Source of the DNA: Octopus bimaculoides
Taxonomy: Eukaryota
Length of the DNA stretch: 32,093 nt
Direction: 5' to 3'
Assembly (NCBI RefSeq): GCF_001194135.2
Contig: NC_069008.1
Span: forward strand, 18,365,278-18,397,370
Notes under the pieces: model-generated
What the model saw: the letters and a program-made list of their open reading frames with translations, nothing else
Databases searched by the model: none
Told to the model about the DNA's origin: nothing
Shown: piece after piece, positions 11,169 to 22,139 of the stretch
Numbering within the stretch: position 1 is the first letter of the stretch
How the letters are laid out: each line of letters begins with the position of its first letter
Program-made: the position numbers and the translations under genes

Positions 11169-14100
11169 ACGGACGCAAGGATGTTCGTTTCGTTCGGACG
11201 GACGGACGTGCATGAGAAAGAACGGACGCATGGACGTTCGTTTCGTACGGACGGACGTACGTGCATACGAAAAAACGGACGCAAGGACGTTCGCTTCGTT
11301 CGGACGGACGTACGTGCAAGCGATAGAACAGACGAGCAGAGGGAGGCCGAACGGACGCAGGTATGTTCGAATTCCGCTCGAAGGGGGCAGAGGAGGGCCG
11401 AACGGACGAACGTACGTTCGAATTCCGTTCGAACGATGCAGTGGGAGGCCGAACAGACGCACGTGCGTTCGAATATCGCTCGAACGGTGCAGAGGAAACC
11501 GAACGGACGCACGTACGTTCGAATTCTGCTCGAACGATGCAGTGGGAGGCCGAATGGACGCACGTACGTTCGAATATCGCTCAAAAGGTGCAGAGGAAAC
11601 CGAACGGACGAACGTACGTTCGAATTCCTCTCGAACGGCGAAGAGGGAGGCCGAACGGATGCACTCACGTTCGAATTCCACTCGAACGACGCAGAGGGAC
11701 GGCGAACGGACGCACGTACGTTTGAATTACGCTCGAACCGTGTGAGGGAGGACGAACCGACGCACGTACNNNNNNNNNNNNNNNNNNNNNNNNNNNNNNN
11801 NNNNNNNNNNNNNNNNNNNNNNNNNNNNNNNNNNNNNNNNNNNNNNNNNNNNNNNNNNNNNNNNNNNNNNNNNNNNNNNNNNNNNNNNNNNNNNNNNNNN
11901 NNNNNNNNNNNNNNNNNNNNNNNNNNNNNNNNNNNNNNNNNNNNNNNNNNNNNNNNNNNNNNNNNNNNNNNNNNNNNNNNNNNNNNNNNNNNNNNNNNNN
12001 NNNNNNNNNNNNNNNNNNNNNNNNNNNNNNNNNNNNNNNNNNNNNNNNNNNNNNNNNNNNNNNNNNNNNNNNNNNNNNNNNNNNNNNNNNNNNNNNNNNN
12101 NNNNNNNNNNNNNNNNNNNNNNNNNNNNNNNNNNNNNNNNNNNNNNNNNNNNNNNNNNNNNNNNNNNNNNNNNNNNNNNNNNNNNNNNNNNNNNNNNNNN
12201 NNNNNNNNNNNNNNNNNNNNNNNNNNNNNNNNNNNNNNNNNNNNNNNNNNNNNNNNNNNNNNNNNNNNNNNNNNNNNNNNNNNNNNNNNNNNNNNNNNNN
12301 NNNNNNNNNNNNNNNNNNNNNNNNNNNNNNNNNNNNNNNNNNNNNNNNNNNNNNNNNNNNNNNNNNNNNNNNNNNNNNNNNNNNNNNNNNNNNNNNNNNN
12401 NNNNNNNNNNNNNNNNNNNNNNNNNNNNNNNNNNNNNNNNNNNNNNNNNNNNNNNNNNNNNNNNNNNNNNNNNNNNNNNNNNNNNNNNNNNNNNNNNNNN
12501 NNNNNNNNNNNNNNNNNNNNNCGGACGAACGTACGTTCGAATTCCGCTGGAACGATGCAGTGGGAGGGCGAGCGGACGCACGTACGTTCGAATTCCGCTC
12601 GAACGGTGCAGAGGAATCTAAACTGACGCACGTACGTTTGAATTCCGCTAGAACGATGCAGGGGGAGGCGGAACAGACGCAAGTACGTCCGAACTATGCT
12701 CGATCGGTGCAGAGGCAGGTCGAACGGACACACGTCCGTTCGAATTTCCGCTCGAACGGTGCAGAGTGAGGACGAACGGACGAACGTACATCCGAATTCC
12801 GCTGGAACGGCGCAGAGGAGGGCCGAATGGACGAACGAACGTTCGAGTTCCACTCGAACGATGCAGTGGGAGGTCGAACGGACGTACGTACGTTCGAATA
12901 TCGATCGAACGGTGCAGAGGAACCCGAACGGACGAACGTATGTTTGAATTCCTCTCAAACGACGCAGAGGGAGGCTGAACGGAAGCACGTACGTTCGAAT
13001 TCAGCTTGAACGCTGCAGAGGGAGGCCGAACGGACGCACGTACGTTCGAATTCCGCTCGAACGGTGCAGCGGGAGGAAGAACGGAACCATGTACGTTCGA
13101 ATTCCGCTCGGACGGTGCAGAGGGAGAACGAACGGACGCACGTCCGTTCGAATTCCGCTGGAACAGTGTAGAGGGAGGCCGAACTGACGCACGTACGTTC
13201 GAATTCCGCTCGAACAGTGTAGAGGGAGGACAAACGGACGCACGTACGTNNNNNNNNNNNNNNNNNNNNNNNNNNNNNNNNNNNNNNNNNNNNNNNNNNN
13301 NNNNNNNNNNNNNNNNNNNNNNNNNNNNNNNNNNNNNNNNNNNNNNNNNNNNNNNNNNNNNNNNNNNNNNNNNNNNNNNNNNNNNNNNNNNNNNNNNNNN
13401 NNNNNNNNNNNNNNNNNNNNNNNNNNNNNNNNNNNNNNNNNNNNNNNNNNNNNNNNNNNNNNNNNNNNNNNNNNNNNNNNNNNNNNNNNNNNNNNNNNNN
13501 NNNNNNNNNNNNNNNNNNNNNNNNNNNNNNNNNNNNNNNNNNNNNNNNNNNNNNNNNNNNNNNNNNNNNNNNNNNNNNNNNNNNNNNNNNNNNNNNNNNN
13601 NNNNNNNNNNNNNNNNNNNNNNNNNNNNNNNNNNNNNNNNNNNNNNNNNNNNNNNNNNNNNNNNNNNNNNNNNNNNNNNNNNNNNNNNNNNNNNNNNNNN
13701 NNNNNNNNNNNNNNNNNNNNNNNNNNNNNNNNNNNNNNNNNNNNNNNNNNNNNNNNNNNNNNNNNNNNNNNNNNNNNNNNNNNNNNNNNNNNNNNNNNNN
13801 NNNNNNNNNNNNNNNNNNNNNNNNNNNNNNNNNNNNNNNNNNNNNNNNNNNNNNNNNNNNNNNNNNNNNNNNNNNNNNNNNNNNNNNNNNNNNNNNNNNN
13901 NNNNNNNNNNNNNNNNACGTTCAAATTACGCTCGAACGGTGCAGAGGGAGGCCGAACAGATGCAATTACTTTCGAATTCCGCTCGAACGATAAAAAGAGA
14001 GGCTAATCGGACCCACGTACGTTCAAATTCCGCTCGATGGATAAAGAGAGAGGCCGAACGGACCCACGTACGTTCAAATTACGCTCGAACGGTGCAGAGG

Positions 14101-16702
14101 GAGGCCGAGCGGCCTCTCGTACGTTCGAACTCCGCTTGATCGGTGCAGAGGGTGGCCGAGCGGCCGCTAGTACGTTCGAATTCGGCTTGATCGGTGCAGA
14201 GGGAGCCCGAACGGACGCACGTACTTTCGAATTCCGCTGGAACGGCGTAGAGGATTGCCGAATGGACGAACGAACGTTCGAGTTCCGCTCGAACGATGCA
14301 GTGGGAGGTCGAACGGACGTACGTACGTTCGAATATCGATCAAACGATGCGGAGGAACCCGAACGGGCGAACGTATGTTTGAATTCCTCTCAAACGGCGC
14401 AGAGGGAGGCTGAACTGAAGCACATACGTTCGAATTCAGCTTGAACGCTGCAGAGGGAGGCCGAACGGACGCACGTACGTTCGAATTCCGCTAGAACGGT
14501 GCAGCGGGAGGAAGAACGGACGCATGTACGTTCGAATTCCGCTCGGACGGTGCAGAGGGAGAACGAACGGACGCACGTCCGTTCGAATTCCGCTGGAACA
14601 GTGTAGAAGGAGGTCGAACGGACGAACGTACATTCGAATTCAGCCTGAACGGTGCAGTGGGAGGTCGAACGGACGCACATACGTTAGAATTCCGCTCAAA
14701 CTTTAAAGAGGGAGGCCGAACTGACGCACGTACGTTCGAATTCCGCTCGAACGGTGCAGAGGGAGGACAAACGGACGCACGTAGTTCGAATTTCGCTCGA
14801 ACGGTGTAGAGGGAGGTCGAACGGAGGCACATACGTTCGAATTCCGCTCGAACGGCGCAGATGGAGGCCGAACAGACGCAAGTTCGTTCGAATTCCTCTC
14901 GGATAGTGCAAAGGGAGAACGAACGAATTCCGCTGGAACGGTGCAGAGGGAGGCCGAAAAGATGCAATTACTTTCGAATTCGGCTCGAACTTTAAAGAGT
15001 GAGGCCGAACTGACGCACGTACGTTCGAATTCCACTCGAACGGTGCAGAGGGANNNNNNNNNNCGAACGGTGTAGAGGGAGGTCGAACGGAGGCACATAC
15101 GTTCGAATTCCGCTCGAACGGCGCAGATGGAGGCCGAACAGACGCAAGTTCGTTCGAATTCCTCTCGGATAGTGCAAAGGGAGAACGAACGAATTCCGCT
15201 GGAACGGTGCAGAGGGAGGCCGAAAAGATGCAATTACTTTCGAATTCGGCTCGAACTTTAAAGAGTGAGGCCGAACTGACGCACGTACGTTCGAATTCCA
15301 CTCGAACGGTGCAGAGGGAGGCCGAACGGACGCACGCACGTTCGAATTCCGCTCGAACGGCGCTGAGGAGGGCCAAATGGACGAACATACGTTCAAATTC
15401 CTCTCGAACGATGCAGTGGGAGGCCGAACGGACGCACGTACGTTCGAATATCGCTCGAACGGTGCAGAGGAAACCGAACGGACGAACGTACGTTCGAATT
15501 CCTCTCGAACGGCGCTGAGGGAGGTCGAATGGACGCACGTACGTTCGAAATCCGCTGGATCGGTGCTGAGGGAGGCCGAACGGAGGCACGTACGTTCGAA
15601 TTCCGCTCGAATGGTGTAGAGGGAGGTCGAACGGAGGCACGTACATTCGAATTCCGCTCGAACGGCGCAGATGGAGGCCGAACAGAGGCAAGTACGTTCG
15701 AATTCCGCTCCAACGGCGCAGAGGGAGGCCGAACGGACGCACGTACGTCCAAATATCGCTCGATCGGAACAGAGGGAGGCCAAACGTACGCACGTACGTT
15801 CGAATTTCGCTCGAACGGTCGAGAGTGAGGCCGAACGGACGCAAGTTCGTTCGAATTCCGTTCGAACGATAAAGAGAGAGGCGAAACGGACCCATGAACG
15901 TTCAAATCCAGGTCGATGGATAAAGAGAGAGGCCAAACGGACCCACGTACGTTCAAATTACGCTCGATGGGTAAAGAGAGAGGCCAATCGGACCCACGTA
16001 CGTTCATATCCCGGTCGATGGATAAAGAGAGAGGCCAAACGGACCCACGTACGTTCAAATTACGCTCGATGGGTAAAGAGAGAGGCCAATCGGACCCACG
16101 TAAATTCAAATTCCGCTCAATGGATAAAGAGAGAGGCCAATCGGACCCACGTACGTTCGAATTACGCTCGATCGATAAAGAGAGAGGCCAATCGGACCCA
16201 CGAACGTTCGAATTCCGCTCGATGGATAAAGAGAGAGGCCAAACGGACCCACGTACGTTCAAATTACGCTCGAACGATAAAGAGAGAGGCNNNNNNNNNN
16301 GGACCCACGTACGTTCGAATTACGCTCGATCGATAAAGAGAGAGGCCAATCGGACCCACGAACGTTCGAATTCCGCTCGATGGATAAAGAGAGAGGCCAA
16401 ACGGACCCACGTACGTTCAAATTACGCTCGAACGATAAAGAGAGAGGCCAATCGGACCCACGTACGTTCAATTCCCGCTCGATGGATAGAGAGAGAGGCC
16501 AATCGGACACACGTACGTTCAAATTACGCTCGATGGATAAAGAGAGAGGGCAAATGGACCCACGAACGTTCAAATTACGCTCGAACGATAAAGAGAGAGG
16601 CCAAACGGACCCACGTACATTCAAATTCCGCTCGATGGATAAAGAGAGAGGACAATCGGACCCACGTACGTTCAAATTCCGCTCGAACGATAAAGAGAGA
16701 GG
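11160..16702. repeat. CpG-rich satellite, 51-bp monomer (type A GAACGGACGCACGTACGTTCGAATTCCGCTCGAACGGTGCAGAGGGAGGCC; type B GGCCAAACGGACCCACGTACGTTCAAATTACGCTCGATGGATAAAGAGAGA), interrupted by gaps
   Basis: Directly visible tandem array. The monomer equals 17 codons, which explains the overlapping repetitive ORFs on both strands. Confidence 0.96.
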
Positions 16703-16834
16703 NNNNNNNNNNNNNNNNNNNNNNNNNNNNNNNNNNNNNNNNNNNNNNNNNNNNNNNNNNNNNNNNNNNNNNNNNNNNNNNNNNNNNNNNNNNNNNNNNN
16801 NNTATATATAGACACACACACACATACATTCTCA

Positions 16835-17160
16835 TCTTTAGATAAAGATGAGAATGTTTGTGTGTGTATGTCTGTTTGTGTGAATCCCTAAAACCTGAAA
16901 ATTACACAACCGATTTCATTCCAATTTTACACATGCCTTAATTAGGGTCCATGTAGTATTATGCGCCTAAAAAACTTTCAACTTCTTGCCTAATGCGAGC
17001 CCAGAGCAATCTCTTATCCCTTACACCATTTCACTATTACGTGCCAGAAGTCAAACAATGAAATCTCTCTATTGTAATGTGAGATACTTTCACTTTAATA
17101 GTGAAACTATTAAAGTGAAACTATTAAAGTGAAACTATTAAAGTGAAACTTATCTGCTAT
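16835..17160 (+). mobile_element. Probable non-autonomous Helitron 5' portion
   Basis: A|TC start followed by ...ATAAAGATGAGAATGTTTGTGTGTGTATGTCTGTTTGT...AACCGATTTC, typical of metazoan Helitron 5' ends; no 3' hairpin found nearby. Confidence 0.55.
17086..17150 (+). promoter_or_regulatory. Array of IRF-element/ISRE-like motifs (one inverted, four direct at 14-bp spacing)
   Basis: ACTTTCACTTT (17086-17096; reverse complement AAAGTGAAAGT), ATAGTGAAACT (17098), AAAGTGAAACT at 17112, 17126, 17140. Fits the IRF consensus AAA(G/C)(T/C)GAAA(G/C)(T/C). Function unproven. Confidence 0.35.
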
Positions 17161-17350
17161 TTCCAATTAGGGTGTGTGTGTGTCTGTACTATATACGTAT
17201 ATCAACAGGAAATTGAAAATTTGTTGGTATACACACACACATATATATATCAACCCAAGAGCAGAAATTTTACAGTTTGCTTTTCCTTTGACTGGTATAC
17301 ACCAAGTACAAAATTTCTCTGTTGTAGAAGATACCACAACCGCCAACAAA

Positions 17351-17509
17351 ATGATTTCTGCTTCAAAACTACGCGATTATTTTGCCAGATTACACCTGAA
17401 ACTCAACATTCCTCTGATTTTGGTTGGTGTGATGTTTGTTATGATGACTGTAAATTTCTTGCATCAGACCTCACGTATATCAGAGTTAGAGAAAAGATCC
17501 ATTGCAACG
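17351..17509 (+). CDS. Exon 1 of a 'short-chain collagen C4-like'/spongin NC1-like gene: basic N-terminus, hydrophobic signal-anchor, KR site
   Basis: AAAATGA start; MISASKLRDYFARLHLKLNIPLILVGVMFVMMTVNFLHQTSRISELEKRSIAT; strong GTAAGA donor at 17510, phase 0, compatible with the downstream exons. Confidence 0.7.
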
Positions 17510-17699
17510 GTAAGATTATTTGATTTATACGCATTCTACGTACAATTACCAAAGGTGGGATAGGGTTTATATGATATGTGGACAAAATTATTCATTGATA
17601 AGATGTGTACTGAACATTAAGAACACTTAACAAATACGTTTGATTCGATATTGTGGAAGCAGAAATCACTATAATACATCTGTGGCAATCACAGTAGAT

Positions 17700-18216
17700 C
17701 AGGTGTCACCAAACTTTTTTCATGGCGAGCCAGATAACTCAGAGAATGACAAGCACAGACCACATAATCATTTTGTTTAATACAATACAATGAATACACA
17801 AAAAATAAAGACAATAAACATATTTATTTACCAAAAAGTTATCAAAGGTGATGTTAACAATAAAATAGTTACATCACACCCAGTGTGCATAAATATCAGA
17901 ATCTCATAAGAGTAGAAACGATTAGTGAGATTTGTGAAATTGGTGTTTAGCTTTTAACATATCATCAATATTTGCTTTGGAATTGCTGTATCCAACCAAG
18001 AGAATTGCTTTCAAATGTTCAGCAGTCAACCTCGTTCGATGTGCTGACTTCACAGAATTCCTTTTTGAAAAATGTTTGCTCACAGACATATGTTGTTCGA
18101 AAAACTGGTGTCATATCAGAGGCAAATGACCTCTCATTGCAGGTATTTACACAAAAGGTATAACGCGGTGCGAGCCGGATGAACTGACCTCGCAGGTCGT
18201 AGTTTGGTGATCCCTG
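17700..18216 (-). mobile_element. hAT (Charlie/GTF2IRD2-like) deletion derivative
   Basis: 16-bp TIRs CAGGTGTCACCAAACT / AGTTTGGTGATCCCTG (14/16); degenerate 8-bp TSD CAGTAGAT/CGATAGAT. Minus strand encodes transposase C-terminus FRTTYVCEQTF..KSAHRTRLTAEHLKAILL...HQFHKSH* (stop 17922-17924). Confidence 0.85.
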
Positions 18217-18329
18217 CGATAGATTGATGCATTTATGGATTACAAATACCAATAATCTATACACTTACTAGCAGTAACACCAAGAATAATGATTTTAAAC
18301 CCACACACGTACAATAATCTGTAGACTCG

Positions 18330-18600
18330 GCCATCTTCACTAACTCCACAAATGGTAATCTAGTTCTGAGGTTTTGTTTCGGAATTTCTCTGCTTGTATT
18401 ATTCCCAAGAACCTATTACTATCGGAATTGTTTCTGTTTTCAGTCCCTTCACAGTTCTTATCTCCATTTCCAGATAATTTTATTTGAATAATTTCTTCAG
18501 TGCTATGAGAGATATTGTATTGTCTTTTGAAAAACATATCCATTTCGGTACCAGTGATGATAATTATCATTGATCTCCATGTCTGCACTGATTAACACAC
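18330..18600 (-). mobile_element. Decayed R4/Dong-like RLE LINE fragment
   Basis: LEMEIRTVKGLKTETIPIVIGS motif; shares AAACAGAAACAATTCC with the copy at ~27795. Confidence 0.65.
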
Positions 18601-20217
18601 ACCACATTACACTAATCCCTCATCATATTGCAGTTCACCAATCATGGTTTATCATTTTAAGCTTACATCAATTCCTTAGTGCTGATGTTTTGCATTTATA
18701 ATAAATATATACAAATAATAAAAATAATGAAAAAAAATATATATATACAGTACTGTATTATTTCTACTTCACGAATTTTCACCTATCACAGTGGGGTTTG
18801 GAACGTAACACCTGCCAGAGTCGAGGTATTACTGTATTTCATAATGCTGCCATAATTTCCAGAGTGTAAAATAAAATGCCATTTTTTTTATACCTACACA
18901 TATATATACTCGTTGGCTAAGTCTGGCTAGAGACGACGTTGTCAGTTTTGTCTTCTTAAATCTCCACATAATCCTGCATTTAATGTAATCTGCTTCATTA
19001 CATTCATCCTACGTTACATTAAACTTTTAGTTTCAACTTCTAATACCATTATACAGTTTATCTATTGGTCATACTTTGCACATTGCCAACATACGGGGTT
19101 CCTCTTTGCTAGGCACAATTTTAGATGAGGTTTATAACTTTCTCCAATTTTTGTTTTTTGTCCCCTTTTCTCCTTGCGACTGTCCCTCACATCTCTTTTT
19201 TTTTTAATTGTTGGGCTCCTTGAAAATATATTTTGTTTGTGTTTTGTATTTATTTTTGTAATTAATTTCCATTATTCTATATAATATAGATTATGAACAT
19301 CTTACAATAGACTTTTGGCTGTATTAAATTCCCACTCCACTGTAATGATAAACATAACAGATCTGTGATAGGTCATGGCTGATGCATTCGTTATTTTTTC
19401 CCTTTAATTGTTGGAAATTCAGCAGAAATAACTTTAAAAAGATCATACTGCAAACACAGGGGGGGGGGGCTACAGTATTGATTTATAAGCCTTTAATACA
19501 CTTGGTAGTACATTATGGTTGCTTAAGGAACTGCGGCGTTCATACCAGCAATTAATATGTATGTACCAGTTGCCAGAAATGTGTTTATTATGTGAGATTG
19601 CTCTATCCAATTGTGGTTATTTAAGCAAAATGTTCTAAGATGGCTAATAGCTTGGATGTTGTGGTGAAGAAGGAGCAAGAATGCTTGCAATATGCATATA
19701 CACACTTAATTTTCTTTATTGGATCGCATTGTTTACATAGATGTATTCATATACGAATGCCGTCACTTTCAGTGCAGGCTCTAATTTATACAGAAAATCT
19801 TCAAAAATAACTTTAAAAAGTATTTTCTCCCCAGTTTAGTCTTGCTGGCCACATGGAGCAGCACCCTGTAACTCCTATAGTATGTGCAACCGAAACCCTT
19901 ATGGGACAACCTAGATGAGATGAGATTTAGTCTTGCTAGAATGTTCAGTGTTTTGCTGAGAAGATTAAAACTGATTAATAGATATATAGAGTATTGACAC
20001 CTATAATCCCATTTTTTGGCATCTAGCCTTGTCTTATGCACCGAGCAAAATAAGCACATGATTATGGAAGCAAGGGAAATGCTTATGGCATTTACCAGAG
20101 AAATGGTAAACGGTTTACAGTAGGAAAGAAATCACTTTAAACTTGCTTAAATAATATATGGGATGCCTTTATCTCTTCTTAGAAGCAGAAATGTTACCTA
20201 AGATTAATTATGACGAT

Positions 20218-20383
20218 AGGCACAGTAGGAGTGGCCGTGTGGTAAGAAGCTTGCTTACCAACCACATGGTTCCGGGTTCATTCCCATTGCATAGCACCAT
20301 GGGCAAGTGTCTTCTACTATAGCCTCGGGCCGACCAAAGCCTTGTGAGTGGATTTGGTAGACAGAAACGAAAAAAGCCCGGTG

Positions 20384-20418
<35 letters not shown>

Positions 20419-20604
20419 CTGTGTTTGTCCCCCCCCAACATTGCTTGACAACCGATGGTGGTGCGTTTATGTCCCTGTAACTTAGCAGTTCGGCAAAATA
20501 GACTGATAGAATAAGTTCTAGGCTTCCAAAGAATAAGTCAACTTTCTCGACTAAAGGCGGTGCTCCAGCATGGCCACAGTCAAATGACTCAAACAAGTAA
20601 AAGA
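20218..20604 (+). mobile_element. tRNA-derived SINE with internal (GT)n
   Basis: Pol III A box TGGCCGTGTGG (20232-20242) and B box GGTTCATTCCC (20275-20285); body resembles the high-copy octopus SINE as I recall it; A-rich tail. Confidence 0.85.
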
Positions 20605-21214
20605 GGATCTAATCAAAGATAAATACAGAGGTAGTATACAAAAAAAAAAAATTTACCATCTCATTGTTAGTTTTGCTTTATTTTGAAAAACAAAAATTTA
20701 TTTTATAGTTTATTTTTGTTTTCAATTACATGTACATGGGGCCCCAAAATATTTCAAGTGCTTAAGGTTTCTGTGAGTTTTAATCCAGCCCTGGTTTTAA
20801 GTATTAAACTAATTCTCATCAGAACTCTTTCCTGAACATTTTTCATTCGCCTATGTTGTTTGTTCTCAGCTGTAATTACTGCAACCCAAGTATTTGGGTG
20901 TCTGTATTGTAATAACTCGTAGTATCTCAGTTCGTTTGACCTATTATAATATTTGTTTTCTTCTTTCTCCTATCTTCAGTCTTGCCTTGGTACATTTCCA
21001 AATCCAAATTTCATATTAATTCCGGCAAATATTTTATCTACACATTTATGATGTACAAAACACTTTTAGAGGCCTTTTGTCCTTCCATATTATTTCTAGC
21101 ATTTGTATCCGAGTCCAATTTTGTTTATATAGAGAGTAAACATAAAAAGAAATGGCATATCGATAGATGGGACACTTTGAAACAAGAATGTGCTCAATCA
21201 GGTTTGAAATGGAA

Positions 21215-21770
21215 CTGAACTACAACACAAACAATTTAAAATTGTCAAGAAGGCCGAGGGTGTCTGGGCATCACTCAGCAGCTCTCCAGCTATCTTTTAA
21301 AGGCTGTATATGGTTATGGTGCAGCCACACTTGGAATTTGCATCACCTGTCTGGAACCCCTATCTTGCTCAGGACATTGACTTCCTGGAAACTGTTCGGA
21401 GACATGCAACCAAGCAAATGCCTTCCATCAGGCATCTCCCATACTCTAAACACCTTGCTTCTTCCCTGGGCATGGATACATTGAAGCTCTGATGTCTGGC
21501 AACTGAATTAGTAAACACCCACAAAATTATTAACCATCGCACCAACAACCACCTCAATCACCTTTTTGAGCTCCATGTGTCTAATACACATGTGGGCATG
21601 CTCTACAAAGTCAGAAAACAGCACAGCTCCCATGACTTTCAGAAACATTTCTTCACACTCAGAGTCGCTGAAGCATGGAACAAACTACCAGCATCAGTTG
21701 TTAGTTGCCAAGACATTGCTTCCTTTAAATCCTCCATGTTGCCTGAAATTCACCAACACAAAACCTGATA
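21215..21770 (+). mobile_element. 3' fragment of a CR1-clade LINE (post-RT C-terminus)
   Basis: LYMVMVQPHLEFASPVWNPYLAQDIDFLETVRRHATK...KHFFTLRVAEAWNKLP, the CR1 'VRPHLEYA..VW.P' and 'RV...WN.LP' motifs; frameshifts and stops. Confidence 0.85.
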
Positions 21771-21981
21771 TCCCCCCCCCACCCGCCACTCCATATGCAT
21801 GCACCCATGTATATCATGACTCATACACTGTTCACTTTCCTGACTTTTATACATAATTCTATGTACTGTACATGCACCTTTGATGAGTTGCAGTGCACGC
21901 ACACACACATATGCATGTATGTATGCATACACACACAACATGCATATCTGACATCAAAATACGTTTCCTATGTAATTTCAG

Positions 21982-22012
21982 ACTACGAGTATTCCACCTA
22001 CACCAAGAGCCG
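21982..22012 (+). CDS. 31-nt microexon (exon 2) of the NC1-like gene, encoding TTSIPPTPRA
   Basis: TTTCCTATGTAATTTCAG acceptor and consensus GTAAGT donor; phase 0 in and phase 1 out, exactly what bridges exon 1 (phase 0) and exon 3 (phase 1). Confidence 0.75.
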
Positions 22013-22139
22013 GTAAGTTTTGCATTTTAATGGCTATTGTATTCACAGCTGTCTTTATTTCTACACGTATTATAAACTGTTGCCTTCTCCCTTTCTCTCT
22101 CTCCCTGTTTATTCTTCATATTTTCTTTGCAGAGATGAA

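Noticed and set aside
14798-15319. Exact 256-bp tandem duplication
   Set aside because: Identical copies flank a 10-N gap, typical of unmerged contig overlap.
16143-16448. Exact 148-bp tandem duplication
   Set aside because: Also flanks a 10-N gap; probable assembly artefact.
11160-16702. CRISPR-like array (palindromic repeats at regular spacing)
   Set aside because: No unique spacers (whole monomers repeat), no cas genes, and the context is eukaryotic.
11130-16845. Many long overlapping ORFs (up to 612 aa) on both strands
   Set aside because: They arise from a 51-bp (17-codon) GC-rich satellite and from N runs; no splice or start context and no domain.
17174-17350. N-terminal extension of exon 1 in the listed 129-aa ORF
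   Set aside because: Starts in a (GT)n run at a non-ATG codon and crosses microsatellites; more likely 5' UTR or promoter, with ATG 17351 as the start.
19430-20160. Possible transposase remnants
   Set aside because: No motif recognised with confidence in any frame.
20980-20989. 10-nt phase 0-to-1 microexon after a good polypyrimidine tract
   Set aside because: Weak GTACAT donor; the 21982-22012 exon fits much better.
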